Positions 44,498 through 54,555 of a stretch of 64,000 bases of DNA are shown in pieces; position 1 is the stretch's first letter; each line of letters opens with the position of its first letter. Position numbers and translations under genes: made by a program. The DNA lies in contig OZ241855.1 of assembly GCA_965202785.1 (NCBI GenBank), positions 1,024,001 through 1,088,000 on the forward strand, in the 5' to 3' direction. The stretch comes from Thermodesulfobacteriota bacterium. Lineage in GTDB: Bacteria; Desulfobacterota_D; UBA1144; Nemesobacterales; Nemesobacteraceae. The notes under the pieces are model-generated. The model ran no database searches. It was not told where the DNA came from and worked only from the letters and a program-made list of their open reading frames with translations.

Positions 44498-44944
44498 CTA
44501 GTTTCTGCTCAGAAGGTACTCTTCCAGTATTACTGTAGCAGCCATCTTGTCTATTACCGTTTTTCGCTTCTTTCTTCCCATGCCGGCTTCTATCAGTGTT
44601 TGCTCCGCGGTCTTGGTGGAAAAGCTCTCGTCCCAGTATTTCACCGAAAGCCCCAGAGAATCTCGAATGCGTTCGGAGAATTTCTTTATGCCTTTTGCCC
44701 TGTTTCCGAGAGAACCGTCCTGGTTGTAGGGTATCCCAACGAGGATTTCGCAAGGAGAATATCGCTCTATTATATCGCGAAGCTGCGCGAGGTCTTTTTT
44801 CTCGTTCTCCCGACTTATGGTACAGACGCCGTTTGCCGTGATCCCCAGCTCGTCGCTTACGGCAACCCCTATCGTCTTGGTTCCTATGTCAAGCGAGATT
44901 ATCCTCCCCGAAATCCTGTCTTGCTTTTCAGCCGGTGTTTTCAT
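44498..44944 (-). CDS. ruvX: YqgF/RuvX pre-16S rRNA nuclease
   Basis: LDIGTKTIGVAVSD, VGIP, WDESFST, ID..AA..IL. Confidence 0.93.
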   Translation of the reverse strand: MKTPAEKQDRISGRIISLDIGTKTIGVAVSDELGITANGVCTISRENEKKDLAQLRDIIERYSPCEILVGIPYNQDGSLGNRAKGIKKFSERIRDSLGLSVKYWDESFSTKTAEQTLIEAGMGRKKRKTVIDKMAATVILEEYLLSRN

Positions 44945-46151
44945 CGGGCTCCAGTTTCTCTATGACTGCCGCTCCTATGCTGTCTCCCCATACGTTTATG
45001 GTGGTGCGAAACCTGTCCAAAAACCAGTCAATTGCGAGTATTATACCTACGCCCTCTATGGGGAGCCCGACGGCCTGCAACACAAGCACCATGGTTACGA
45101 GCCCGGCTTCCGGTATGCCTGCGGCTCCTATGGCCGCCAGAGTGGCGGTGAGAAAAACCACGACGAGTTCACCTCCCCCGAGGTGTATTCCGTAGCTCTG
45201 AGCGATGAATATTACGGCGACAGATTCGTAAAGAGCTGTTCCGTCCATGTTGACTGTGGCTCCGAGGGGCAGAACGAATTTTGAGATTTTTGGCGAAACT
45301 TTGGCGTTTTCCGTCACGTTGGTGATGGTAAGTGGAAGGGTGGCTGAGGATGAGGCGGTTGAAAAGGCTGTGAGAAGCGTTTCGCTCAGGTCTTTGAAGT
45401 AAGTAACCGGGTTTCTCCCGGATAATGCCCGCAACAGCAGCGGGAGAACCACGAACCCGTGGATAAGCAGTCCCAAAAGAACGCAGAACACATATTTGCC
45501 CAGCTGCATTGCGAGCCTCAGCACTTCATCCCCGCCGCCTGCTTCTCCGATTTTCCCGGCTATGAGGCCGAAGATGCCTATCGGAGTCAATGCGATTATC
45601 CAGTGGACTACTTTCATAATGGCCTTGTCCATGGATTCAAACAGGTCTAAAACCACTTGCTTTTCTTTGTTCAGTCTCCCAAACGCTATTCCGAAGAGAA
45701 GAGACGCGATTATGATTGGAAGAATTTGGAATTCGTATGCGGACTTGAAAAGATTCGGCGTTGATATCTGCCGCAGGATGTCGGTTACTTTGAATCCTTC
45801 CTTGCTTTTTACTACCTCGGGCATCGTTCCCTTGAGTATCTCGCTACCGTCTCCGGGCTGCACCATTGTGACTACCGCTATTCCGATTGAAACGGCTATC
45901 GCCGTGGTTACCGCATAGTAGGCGATGGTTTTAAGCCCAAGAGAACCCAGATTGCCGACTTTCATTATGCTTAGCGTGATCGAGACTATTATGAGGGGAA
46001 GCACAATCATCTTGAGGGCATTTAGGAAAAGCTCTCCGATAATTTGGGTTCCCGCACCGAATTCAGGGAAAAACGAACCCACAGCGCCACCCAGTAAAAC
46101 GCCCGCGATTATTCCCAGAACCAATCTGTTTTTTGATATGAAGGATTCCAT
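44928..46151 (-). CDS. Dicarboxylate/amino acid:cation symporter (DAACS)
   Basis: AFSTASSSATLP, GATVNMDGTALY, DRFRT..NV.GD. Confidence 0.93.
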   Translation of the reverse strand: MESFISKNRLVLGIIAGVLLGGAVGSFFPEFGAGTQIIGELFLNALKMIVLPLIIVSITLSIMKVGNLGSLGLKTIAYYAVTTAIAVSIGIAVVTMVQPGDGSEILKGTMPEVVKSKEGFKVTDILRQISTPNLFKSAYEFQILPIIIASLLFGIAFGRLNKEKQVVLDLFESMDKAIMKVVHWIIALTPIGIFGLIAGKIGEAGGGDEVLRLAMQLGKYVFCVLLGLLIHGFVVLPLLLRALSGRNPVTYFKDLSETLLTAFSTASSSATLPLTITNVTENAKVSPKISKFVLPLGATVNMDGTALYESVAVIFIAQSYGIHLGGGELVVVFLTATLAAIGAAGIPEAGLVTMVLVLQAVGLPIEGVGIILAIDWFLDRFRTTINVWGDSIGAAVIEKLEPDENTG

Positions 46152-46229
46152 GGATGTTGACTCTTTTTCTTCCTAAGTTAGGTTAAGTAACCATATAGGT
46201 TTTTTTTGTAAAGCCTGCCGGGAGTGAAA

Positions 46230-46628
46230 ATGAATTTCCTGCCAAAAAAGTATCACGCCGTGCTTTTGTGCCTGCTTGCAATTGTTTTTTCTTCGGGTTG
46301 CGTGCTCGTGGTGGGTGGCGTGGTCGGCGGCGGTACCGCGGCTTATCTCAAGGGAGTTCTAAAGAGCAAGGAGCCCACCTCGTTTGATAAGGTCTGGTTC
46401 GCGGTGGTGGAAGTGGTGGAACAGCAGGAGTTTGAGGTAACCAAAAAAGAAAGCAAGGTGGGCAAGGCGCTTGTCGAAGCCAAACTTCGCGATCAGGATA
46501 AAATGGTCTATATAACCGTCAAGTACGACAAGCCCGAGATAACCGATCTGATTGTCCGCGTGGGCATCTGGGGAGATGAGGAAGAATCAAGGCGTATACT
46601 CAAGCTTATTCACGAAAAACTCTATTGA
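46230..46628 (+). CDS. DUF3568-like lipoprotein
   Basis: Lipobox SSGC, Gly-rich segment, YLKG.L, VRVG.WGDE..S. Confidence 0.7.
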   Translation: MNFLPKKYHAVLLCLLAIVFSSGCVLVVGGVVGGGTAAYLKGVLKSKEPTSFDKVWFAVVEVVEQQEFEVTKKESKVGKALVEAKLRDQDKMVYITVKYDKPEITDLIVRVGIWGDEEESRRILKLIHEKLY

Positions 46629-46695
46629 ACAACAGAAACGATCTCCCTGACATCCTACCTCAGGGAAGGGGTCTGCGGCCTGATGGTGTGCGATC

Positions 46696-47049
46696 ATGAA
46701 AGAAGACTCCCGGATCAATTATGTCGAGTTGCCCGCGGAGGACTTCACTAAGGCCAAGGCGTTTTACGGTGACGTGTTTGGCTGGACCTTCCAGGACTAC
46801 GGCAACTGCTACTGCGCCTTCAATGACGGTAGCATGGACGGCGGGTTCTACCACTCCCCGTTGCGGTCCGACAGCAGTCAGGGCGCTGCGCTGGTGGTGC
46901 TTTACGCGGAAGATCTGGAAGCCACGCTGGAACGCATCACTGCCGCCGGGGGCGAACTCTGCAAGCCGATATTTTCCTTCCCCGGCGGGCGACGGTTTCA
47001 TTTTCTAGATCCCAACCGCAATGAACTGGCGGTCTGGAGCGACCGCTAG
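46696..47049 (+). CDS. VOC/glyoxalase family protein
   Basis: INYVELPA, FYGDVFGW, FPGGRRFHF.DP..NELAVWS. Confidence 0.88.
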   Translation: MKEDSRINYVELPAEDFTKAKAFYGDVFGWTFQDYGNCYCAFNDGSMDGGFYHSPLRSDSSQGAALVVLYAEDLEATLERITAAGGELCKPIFSFPGGRRFHFLDPNRNELAVWSDR

Positions 47050-47063
47050 AAAGTGGTTTCCCC

Positions 47064-48005
47064 TTAGTCTTTCCCGAGATTTTCGTAAAGCTCCATTTCA
47101 ATATCAAGTTCCGTTCTGATTCCCGCTTCGTTAAGCTTTGCGTTTGCCTCCCCTATCGTTCTGCACCCGTAGACCGCTTGTGCGGGTCGTGACACCTTTT
47201 CATAAACCACCCGGGGATTTACGTAGAAAGTTACTGTGGAACTTATATCGAGTTCGACTTTTCTTCTGCCGTCTCTTATTGAAGTGGTGCTGAAAGCTCC
47301 TTTTGCGTATTCAACGGGTCCCCTGCTCGCCTCGGTGGGTATTATGTTTATTGCCTTTTCCATTAATTCCAGTGTGGTTGCAGATATGCCCCAGCTCCCG
47401 AGAATTCCATTGTTCCGTGCTATGATGCCGAATGACCTCTCAAGTTCTTCTTTGGAGAGCTCTCCGTCGCTTCCAAAGCCGAATACTCCCATTACGGTAG
47501 GCATCCGGAAACTCTGTCTGTAAAGCGCCGCGGTCATTATAGCGTCGGCAAGCGGACTCATGAGTCCCTTTTCGTTTCCGAATCCAAGCACGTCTCCACC
47601 GACGTCTATTCCCACCACCAGATCTGCGCCGAGTTTTTCGGCGGCATCCGTTATTCCCTCAAAAACCTTCTCCGGACCGTAACTTATATCGACGAGAAGA
47701 GTTTCCTCTCCCAGAACTTCGGCCATGCCTGCTTCGGCGAACCTTGCTCCACCTCGGGTCGTGGAATCTTTGTTGCATCTCCAGACCACGTCATTTATCT
47801 CACAGACATTGTGTGATTCTTCAAGTTTTCTGGGTCCCGGATCGGGGTCTATTGTGAAGCGTTCCCAGCTAAGTCCTCCAAGAACGCATTGCGTTCCGTT
47901 TATCTCGAGCAGGTTTGCCGTCGGAAGGGTTCCGACTATATCGCCTCCTCCTCCTATTCCGAGCAGAATAGCTTTTTTCGAATTTCTAAGAATTTTCTCA
48001 AGCAT
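47064..48005 (-). CDS. DUF1152-family protein
   Basis: GIGGGGD, DVGGD, SPLADA, G.DGEL, TEAS. Confidence 0.75.
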   Translation of the reverse strand: MLEKILRNSKKAILLGIGGGGDIVGTLPTANLLEINGTQCVLGGLSWERFTIDPDPGPRKLEESHNVCEINDVVWRCNKDSTTRGGARFAEAGMAEVLGEETLLVDISYGPEKVFEGITDAAEKLGADLVVGIDVGGDVLGFGNEKGLMSPLADAIMTAALYRQSFRMPTVMGVFGFGSDGELSKEELERSFGIIARNNGILGSWGISATTLELMEKAINIIPTEASRGPVEYAKGAFSTTSIRDGRRKVELDISSTVTFYVNPRVVYEKVSRPAQAVYGCRTIGEANAKLNEAGIRTELDIEMELYENLGKD

Positions 48006-48146
48006 GCTGATTTATCCGTGGCGATGATTATTAATATCCGTTCTGGCGCGATGATCAAGACGGCTTCCCCGAGTGATGAGTGTTCCTGGGTCTTTATGGA
48101 ATATCGATTTCCGGCTATATTAATTCCCTCGGTTCTGCGGCTTCTT

Positions 48147-49190
48147 ATGAAGAAGATAATAAATGGCTGGAAACACTTAAAAGGGGTGCACTGCGGTTCC
48201 GCGGCACTGAGAGATATATGCCTCTACTACGGACACGATTTCTCGGAGCAGATGTGTTTCGGGCTGGGAGCCGGGCTCGGTTTTTATTACTCCTGTGAAG
48301 AGGGAATGAACCCGAGCAGGATTATACAGCCTCGCGGTCCCCTGATGGAAATTAATTTCCTGAAAAGTTTCGGTGTCGATGTCACCGATTGGAAGTACGA
48401 GGACGACAACAAGCGGGCCTCGGATGACCTCAGGGAGTTTATTGACATGGACGTTCCGGTGTTGATACAGGCCGATATCTGCTACCTTGAATACTTTGAC
48501 TCCAAGACCCATTTCCCCGGACACATAATAGCGGTATGCGGATACGACGACTCCGAATCCGTTTTTTACGTGGCAGACAATTCATTTGAAGATCTCCAGA
48601 CTGTCTCTTTTGAAAACATGGCGAAAGCGAGAAGCTCAAAAGCAAGTCCGTATCCCCTTTCCAACAACTGTGTTGAAGTGAGGTTTCTTGAAGACGGCTT
48701 CGATGCCGAGGAGGTGATTTTCGGTGCCGTGAGAAAAAACGCCGAGATGATGCTTGAAGGCAGGACCACTCTAAGAGGGACTTCAGGTGTTGAGATTATA
48801 AGGAAATGGGCCCAGGATCTTCCTGGCTGGAGGGATCTTGCTGACTGGAAGTGGACCTCGAGGTTTACTTACCAGGTCATATGCAGAAGAGGGGTCTGCG
48901 GTGCTGCTTTCAGGTGGTTTTACAGGGATTTCCTCGAGGAAGTCTCCCCGGTGCTTTCCCCTTTTTACGGGGCGGGCCTTCCCGACGAGATGAACAGTAT
49001 CGGTCAGAAGTGGTACGACATGGGAATGCTTTTCAAGGAAATAAGCGAGAGCGCTTCGTGCGGAGGAGGGTTCGAGCGGGCCTCGGAACTTGCTTTTGAT
49101 ATATATGGTCTTGAAAAGCGGTATTTTTGTTCCGTGCTTGAAAACTTCCCCGTTTTATCCGCGGCGGGGCAGATGAATCGGAGCGGGTGA
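48147..49190 (+). CDS. BtrH N-terminal domain / DUF4872 protein (papain-like acyltransferase/peptidase)
   Basis: GVHC, SEQMCFGLGAGLGF, HFPGH...CGYD, AD. Confidence 0.8.
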   Translation: MKKIINGWKHLKGVHCGSAALRDICLYYGHDFSEQMCFGLGAGLGFYYSCEEGMNPSRIIQPRGPLMEINFLKSFGVDVTDWKYEDDNKRASDDLREFIDMDVPVLIQADICYLEYFDSKTHFPGHIIAVCGYDDSESVFYVADNSFEDLQTVSFENMAKARSSKASPYPLSNNCVEVRFLEDGFDAEEVIFGAVRKNAEMMLEGRTTLRGTSGVEIIRKWAQDLPGWRDLADWKWTSRFTYQVICRRGVCGAAFRWFYRDFLEEVSPVLSPFYGAGLPDEMNSIGQKWYDMGMLFKEISESASCGGGFERASELAFDIYGLEKRYFCSVLENFPVLSAAGQMNRSG

Positions 49191-49337
49191 GCGTTGCACA
49201 GGCATTTGAAAAACCTCTGTACGATATCGCTTGAGAATTTTGAGTTTCCAGAAAGTTGCGGTTTTGCAATAATGGGGATATTGCCAAAAAAATAAGGTAA
49301 TCTATTAAATTACGTAAAATTAATTTAGGAATTTACT

Positions 49338-50285
49338 ATGCTTTTGTTTGTTTTAAGAAAGTATGTTTGGGTCGTAAACATCTTGCTGATAGTTGCCATC
49401 GCGTACTCGGTTTCGGTCACGATCAACAACGGCCTGCGCGACAAGATAGAGTCCGACAAGGGAGGCCTGACAGGCGAACACCTCTACAAGGAGAAGTACG
49501 GACGGGTTAAGATTCCCTATCGTTCAAGAGAGTACTACGACTCTATACTGAGGACGAACCTGTTTGGGACGGGCGGCTATGCCGGACAGATAGAGACGGG
49601 CAATTTCTCGGAAGTCTTCGAGGGGGAAATTACCCCGAAAACTTCCCTCAAGCTTGAACTTCTTGGAACTTTCATACTCAAAAGCCGCGCTAATTCTGTA
49701 GCTAACAAGAGCATCGCCGTGATAAAGAATATGGAAAATAGCAAAATAAAGGGTTATTCTGAAGGGCAATTAGTTGATCTTGTAACATCCGAAAAAGTTG
49801 AGGTAGTAAAAATAGACGACTGCGAAGTAACTATACGAAGAGCTGAAGGTCCCGAATTGATTACCTGCGGAAACGAGCTTGAATCCGTTTTTGCAAAAAG
49901 CCCCGTGAGTTCTCCAGCAAGGAACAAAACGTCTGTTAAGTCAAAAAAGCCGTCGGCTTCAGGGGTCAGCAAGGTCAGCGAGGGCTTGTACCAGATAGAG
50001 AGAGTGATGTTTGAAGAACTGCTCGCTGAACCCAGCAGTTTAATAACCGAGGCTAGGATTGTGCCGCGCGATGACGGCATCAAGATCTTCGGAGTGAAAA
50101 GCCGGGGCGTGTTTTATAAAATGGGTCTTAGAAACGGGGATATAGTTCACCAGATAAATGAAGTTGCTTTAAACGACGTGCAGAACGCTCTTTCGCTTTT
50201 TACCGACTTGAAGGGCCAGAGTGAGTTTACCGTTGATTTCACGAGAAAAGGTAAAAGAAAGAGCAACCGTTACACGGTTTACTAG
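49338..50285 (+). CDS. gspC: Type II secretion protein C (with PDZ)
   Basis: N-terminal TM, L.LLGT HR domain, GLRNGDIV..IN PDZ; first gene of the gsp cluster. Confidence 0.8.
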   Translation: MLLFVLRKYVWVVNILLIVAIAYSVSVTINNGLRDKIESDKGGLTGEHLYKEKYGRVKIPYRSREYYDSILRTNLFGTGGYAGQIETGNFSEVFEGEITPKTSLKLELLGTFILKSRANSVANKSIAVIKNMENSKIKGYSEGQLVDLVTSEKVEVVKIDDCEVTIRRAEGPELITCGNELESVFAKSPVSSPARNKTSVKSKKPSASGVSKVSEGLYQIERVMFEELLAEPSSLITEARIVPRDDGIKIFGVKSRGVFYKMGLRNGDIVHQINEVALNDVQNALSLFTDLKGQSEFTVDFTRKGKRKSNRYTVY

Positions 50286-50327
50286 GCCTAATACGAAAAA
50301 TTCAGTTTCTTAAGGTTAAAACAGATT

Positions 50328-52826
50328 ATGAGATACTTTCTGAATAAAAATCTTTTCCCAGTTTTGTCGGCGGTCCTCGTTTTTTCCGCTTCCGTTCTCT
50401 GTCCCCAGCTGGCTCCTGCGGAGAAGTCCGAGCCGCTTCCGGATCTTACGAGGGCTAAGGTTGTTGTCGCCCCGGGCACAAGGCTTAAAAAAGCGAACGG
50501 GGAGGATTCACCCGCAAAACCCGCTGATATTGCCGAGGAAGCCACGGAGTTGCTGGCCGAGGATGCCGCAAAGGACCCGGGCAAGCAAGACTTAAGGCCT
50601 CTCGGAAAAGATGCGGTGAAAGTTTCTGGCAGCGAGACCCTGAAAGACTTGGTCGAGGACCCCGGCCTGCCGCTCGATTTAGCGGATAAAGAAGTTGCAG
50701 CCGAAGTTGAGAGAGCTCCTGAGCCGGAGACGAAGAAGCCTGAGGAAACAGTTGCGGTCTCAGACGATGAAATTCTCGGTGAAGAGGGTGAGGAAATTTC
50801 CGAGGACGAGGGGATGGTCAACCTTCGCTCCAACATGACCCTTAATGAGATGGTAAAGACCATAAGCGAGATCACCTCCGAAGTTTATCTCCTGAGTGAC
50901 AAGATCAGGGACAAGAACGTGACGATCATAACTCCCGAGGGCGGTTTCGAGAAAGAAAATGCGTTTAGAATTTTTGAAATACTGCTTGATATGAACGGCT
51001 ATTCGGTCATAAGTGCGGAGGGGGTCAACAAGGTCGTCCCCAAAAAGGGGATAAAGTCAGAGAGCATACCGTTAAGGCTGGATTTCGACCCCGGAGAATC
51101 TTCCCAGAAGTACGTGATGAAGCTGATAAAGCTTAAGAGCGTAAAAGCCAAAGGAGTTTCCAACATCCTTCGGGCTCTGGTTAGCAAGGATGGGTTTATG
51201 AAGGCTCACCAACCGTCCAATACCCTAGTGGTGGTTGATAATGAGCAGAACGTGAACAAGATAGCCGAAGTGATTGCGAATCTTGATTACGAGAAGAAAA
51301 TAGAGTTCATCAAAGTGCAAAACACAAGCTCGGCCAACGTTATTTTCAAGCTGCTTGAGATATTCAACCCTAAAAGTGCCAAGGCCAAGCCGTCAAAGAG
51401 CAAGAATGACGGTCTCATATCCGGAAGTTCTGAGCTCTTAGGGTTTAAAGTGATAAACGACGAGAGGACAAATTCCATAATAGTGATTGCCGACCCGAGG
51501 GATCTTCCCCTGATAAAGGAGACGATTGCTGTTTTGGACATCAAGAGCGAGCACGCGGAACAGGACGTTTACGTTATACCAGTTAAAAACGCCGACGCTG
51601 AGCAGATAATCGAAGTTCTGGGAAATCTGTTCGCGGAGGGGAAAGGGGGTGCAGTGTCTTCAGTTTCCCACCGGGACCAAACGCGGCAATCCGGCAGAAC
51701 CGGCCAGGCTTCAAGCCGTCTCGGAGAGGGGAAAGCGGGGGACGGCAGCGGAAATGTCGGTGGTCTGGGTTCCCAGGGCGGAAACATCCAGAGGGGAGGG
51801 AACGAGCAGACCGGCGCTTCCGTCATAGTGTCTTCGGACGATGGGCTCAAGATAACTTCGGACCCGGCGACAAACTCCATCATAGTTGTCGGTTCTCTCA
51901 CGCAGTACAGAATGGTCAAGCAGATAGTGGACAAGCTTGACGTAAGGAGAAGGCAGGTGTTTGTGGAAGCCGCCATACTCGAGGTGGGCCTTGATAACCT
52001 TAACGCGCTGGGAACCAATTTTGGTCTCGGCGTTACAATCGAGGGCGACAACCTCGGTTTCGTCGGACAGCAGCTGCCGGGCATCCCAAGCCTTCTTGGA
52101 GTTGCGGCCGATCCCACAATTGCAACGACTTCCATAGGCAGTCTTTCGGGGCTTTTCCTCGGAGTAGTGGGAGAGGAAGTTGACCCCGACGGTTCGGGTC
52201 CGCTTCCGTCTCTTCCTTCGTTCTCCGCGGTGTTTCAGGCGCTGAGTTCCGTGACCGACGTCAACGTTCTTTCAACCCCGAGCATTATTACAACCGACAA
52301 CGAACCGGCCGAGATAGTGGTGGCTGACATAATACCGTTTCCGATGGGTAGCACCGTGGGAACAAGCGGCGTGACAGTTCAGACAATCGAGAGATTGCCG
52401 GTAGGAATAAGGCTCAGCATCACTCCTCAGATAAGCGAAGGAGAGTACCTTAACCTTGACATAGTGACCGAGGTTTCCTCTACCCGGGAGGCCCCCGCGG
52501 GGCTTAACACCGCCCAGTTCGGCATTGCGACTACAACGAGAAGCGCCGATTCGTCGGTTATAGTCAAAAATGGGCAGACCCTCGTTATAGGCGGGCTGGT
52601 TCAGGACAGAGAAGAGGTGCTTCACAACAAAACACCTCTGCTCGGAGATATTCCGCTGCTTGGAAACCTGTTCAGGTTCAAGCGCAATCAGAGCAGGAAG
52701 CTTAACCTGATGATACTTCTTACCCCGCGGATAGTTGAGACGGAAAGCGACATGAAGCAGTTGCTTATGGATTACCAGAAAAGAAAGACCTTGCTTCATA
52801 GAAGGGATCTGAATACGCTTGAGTAG
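50328..52826 (+). CDS. gspD: Type II secretion secretin
   Basis: N domains (DERTNSI, DPATNSI), LD..R.QV.VEA.I.EV, STPSI.T.DN..A, P.LGDIP.LG.LF. Confidence 0.93.
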   Translation: MRYFLNKNLFPVLSAVLVFSASVLCPQLAPAEKSEPLPDLTRAKVVVAPGTRLKKANGEDSPAKPADIAEEATELLAEDAAKDPGKQDLRPLGKDAVKVSGSETLKDLVEDPGLPLDLADKEVAAEVERAPEPETKKPEETVAVSDDEILGEEGEEISEDEGMVNLRSNMTLNEMVKTISEITSEVYLLSDKIRDKNVTIITPEGGFEKENAFRIFEILLDMNGYSVISAEGVNKVVPKKGIKSESIPLRLDFDPGESSQKYVMKLIKLKSVKAKGVSNILRALVSKDGFMKAHQPSNTLVVVDNEQNVNKIAEVIANLDYEKKIEFIKVQNTSSANVIFKLLEIFNPKSAKAKPSKSKNDGLISGSSELLGFKVINDERTNSIIVIADPRDLPLIKETIAVLDIKSEHAEQDVYVIPVKNADAEQIIEVLGNLFAEGKGGAVSSVSHRDQTRQSGRTGQASSRLGEGKAGDGSGNVGGLGSQGGNIQRGGNEQTGASVIVSSDDGLKITSDPATNSIIVVGSLTQYRMVKQIVDKLDVRRRQVFVEAAILEVGLDNLNALGTNFGLGVTIEGDNLGFVGQQLPGIPSLLGVAADPTIATTSIGSLSGLFLGVVGEEVDPDGSGPLPSLPSFSAVFQALSSVTDVNVLSTPSIITTDNEPAEIVVADIIPFPMGSTVGTSGVTVQTIERLPVGIRLSITPQISEGEYLNLDIVTEVSSTREAPAGLNTAQFGIATTTRSADSSVIVKNGQTLVIGGLVQDREEVLHNKTPLLGDIPLLGNLFRFKRNQSRKLNLMILLTPRIVETESDMKQLLMDYQKRKTLLHRRDLNTLE

Positions 52827-52841
52827 GGAAATTTTTAGAAA

Positions 52842-54524
52842 ATGAAGGTCCTTGACGAAATAATAGGCAGGCGTTACCCCGAGGTTATGGGGAGAATTGA
52901 AGAGCTTAAAGGGAAAAACGGTCGGAACACAGAAGACATACTGCTCAAAACTGACATACTCAAAGACTCCCCGGCTCTAGATGTTCTTTCCGAATTTTAC
53001 GGAGTCGACAAAATCGAATCAATTCCCGAAGACGATATAGATTATGAACTGATAAAACAGTTTCCGATCAGCTTCGCAAAGAGATTCAGAATACTCCCCA
53101 TAAACAAGAACAATGGAACGCTCAAAGTCGTATTCGCTCCGCCTCAGGAACTCTACGCCCTTGACGAGGTCCGCTCCCGCTTTAACTGCTCGCTTGAAAC
53201 TTACATTACTCTGGAGGGTGTGCTGACTGACAGCATTAACAGGGTTTACGAGCAGGGCAAAGACGTTGTATCGGAGGATATAAACGAAGGTTCGGGACTT
53301 TCCGATATGGAGTTTACCGAGCCCCAGGATCTGATTGAGGCCGAAGATGAAGCCCCGATCATAAAATTCATAAACACGCTTCTTTTTCAGGCGGTAAGGG
53401 AGCACGCAAGCGATATTCACATAGAGTGTTTCGAAAAAGAAGTGCTGGTACGGTTCAGAAAGGACGGCATTTTGCACGACGTGACGAAAGTTCCGAAGAC
53501 GGTGCAGTCTTCGGTGATCTCGCGTGTGAAGATCATGTCTGAACTTGATATAGCCGAAAGAAGAAAGCCTCAGGACGGAAGCATAAGGCTGAAGATCGGA
53601 GGAAGGGATATTGACGTAAGGGTTTCGACGGTTCCCACCTCATGGGGAGAGAGTGTGGTCATGAGGCTGCTTTACAGGTCTTCGGTGTTGATGAGCTTCG
53701 AGCAGCTGGGCCTTGAAGGAAAAAAACTCGAAACGGTGGAGTCCCTTATCAAACGTCCTCACGGGATCATTCTCGTCACGGGGCCCACGGGAAGCGGAAA
53801 GACAACAAGCCTCTATGCAGCCCTGCAGAGAATCAACCTTCCCGACAAGAAGATAATCACTATAGAAGACCCGGTTGAATACCAGATACAGGGAATTAAC
53901 CAGATCCAAGTCAACACCAAGGTCGATCTTACGTTCGCAAACGGACTTCGCTCGATGCTCAGGCAGGATCCCGACGTTATCCTAGTCGGAGAGATAAGGG
54001 ACAGGGAAACCGCCGATATTTCCATGAACGCTTCACTCACTGGGCATCTAGTATTTTCCACGCTGCATACCAATGATTCGGTAAGCGCCGTGACTAGACT
54101 CGCCGATATGGGAGTGGAGTCCTTTCTTATAGCTTCTACTCTCTCGGCGGTCATAGCTCAGAGACTTGTCAGGATTCTTTGCACGCGGTGCAGAGAACAG
54201 TACATGCCGATTGATGAGGGAATCGGCCGTATAGGACTTACTCGCGAGGCCTGTCCGGAAGGAGGGATATACAGAGCCAAGGGATGCCCGGAGTGCATGG
54301 AGACGGGGTTTTCGGGAAGAATAGCGATTTTTGAGATACTGATTATCGATGACGAACTTAAAAACACTATTCTAACACACCCGGATTCTTCGACGCTTAA
54401 GGAAAAGGCCCTGAGAAACGGACTCATTACCCTTAGAATGGACGGTGCCGACAAAGTCGCAAAGGGCATAACGTCAATTGACGAAGTACTCAGGGTTACG
54501 GAAGAGGAACTGGCGGAGAGCTAG
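52842..54524 (+). CDS. gspE: Type II secretion ATPase
   Basis: [34 protein letters not shown], CxxC pairs. Confidence 0.95.
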   Translation: MKVLDEIIGRRYPEVMGRIEELKGKNGRNTEDILLKTDILKDSPALDVLSEFYGVDKIESIPEDDIDYELIKQFPISFAKRFRILPINKNNGTLKVVFAPPQELYALDEVRSRFNCSLETYITLEGVLTDSINRVYEQGKDVVSEDINEGSGLSDMEFTEPQDLIEAEDEAPIIKFINTLLFQAVREHASDIHIECFEKEVLVRFRKDGILHDVTKVPKTVQSSVISRVKIMSELDIAERRKPQDGSIRLKIGGRDIDVRVSTVPTSWGESVVMRLLYRSSVLMSFEQLGLEGKKLETVESLIKRPHGIILVTGPTGSGKTTSLYAALQRINLPDKKIITIEDPVEYQIQGINQIQVNTKVDLTFANGLRSMLRQDPDVILVGEIRDRETADISMNASLTGHLVFSTLHTNDSVSAVTRLADMGVESFLIASTLSAVIAQRLVRILCTRCREQYMPIDEGIGRIGLTREACPEGGIYRAKGCPECMETGFSGRIAIFEILIIDDELKNTILTHPDSSTLKEKALRNGLITLRMDGADKVAKGITSIDEVLRVTEEELAES

Positions 54525-54555
54525 ACCGCAGTTATCTTTAACATCGGTATTTCAA

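Noticed and set aside
46178-46196. DtxR-like sequence TTAGGTTAAGTAACCAT
   Set aside because: Spacing is one base short and the flanking genes are not metal-related.
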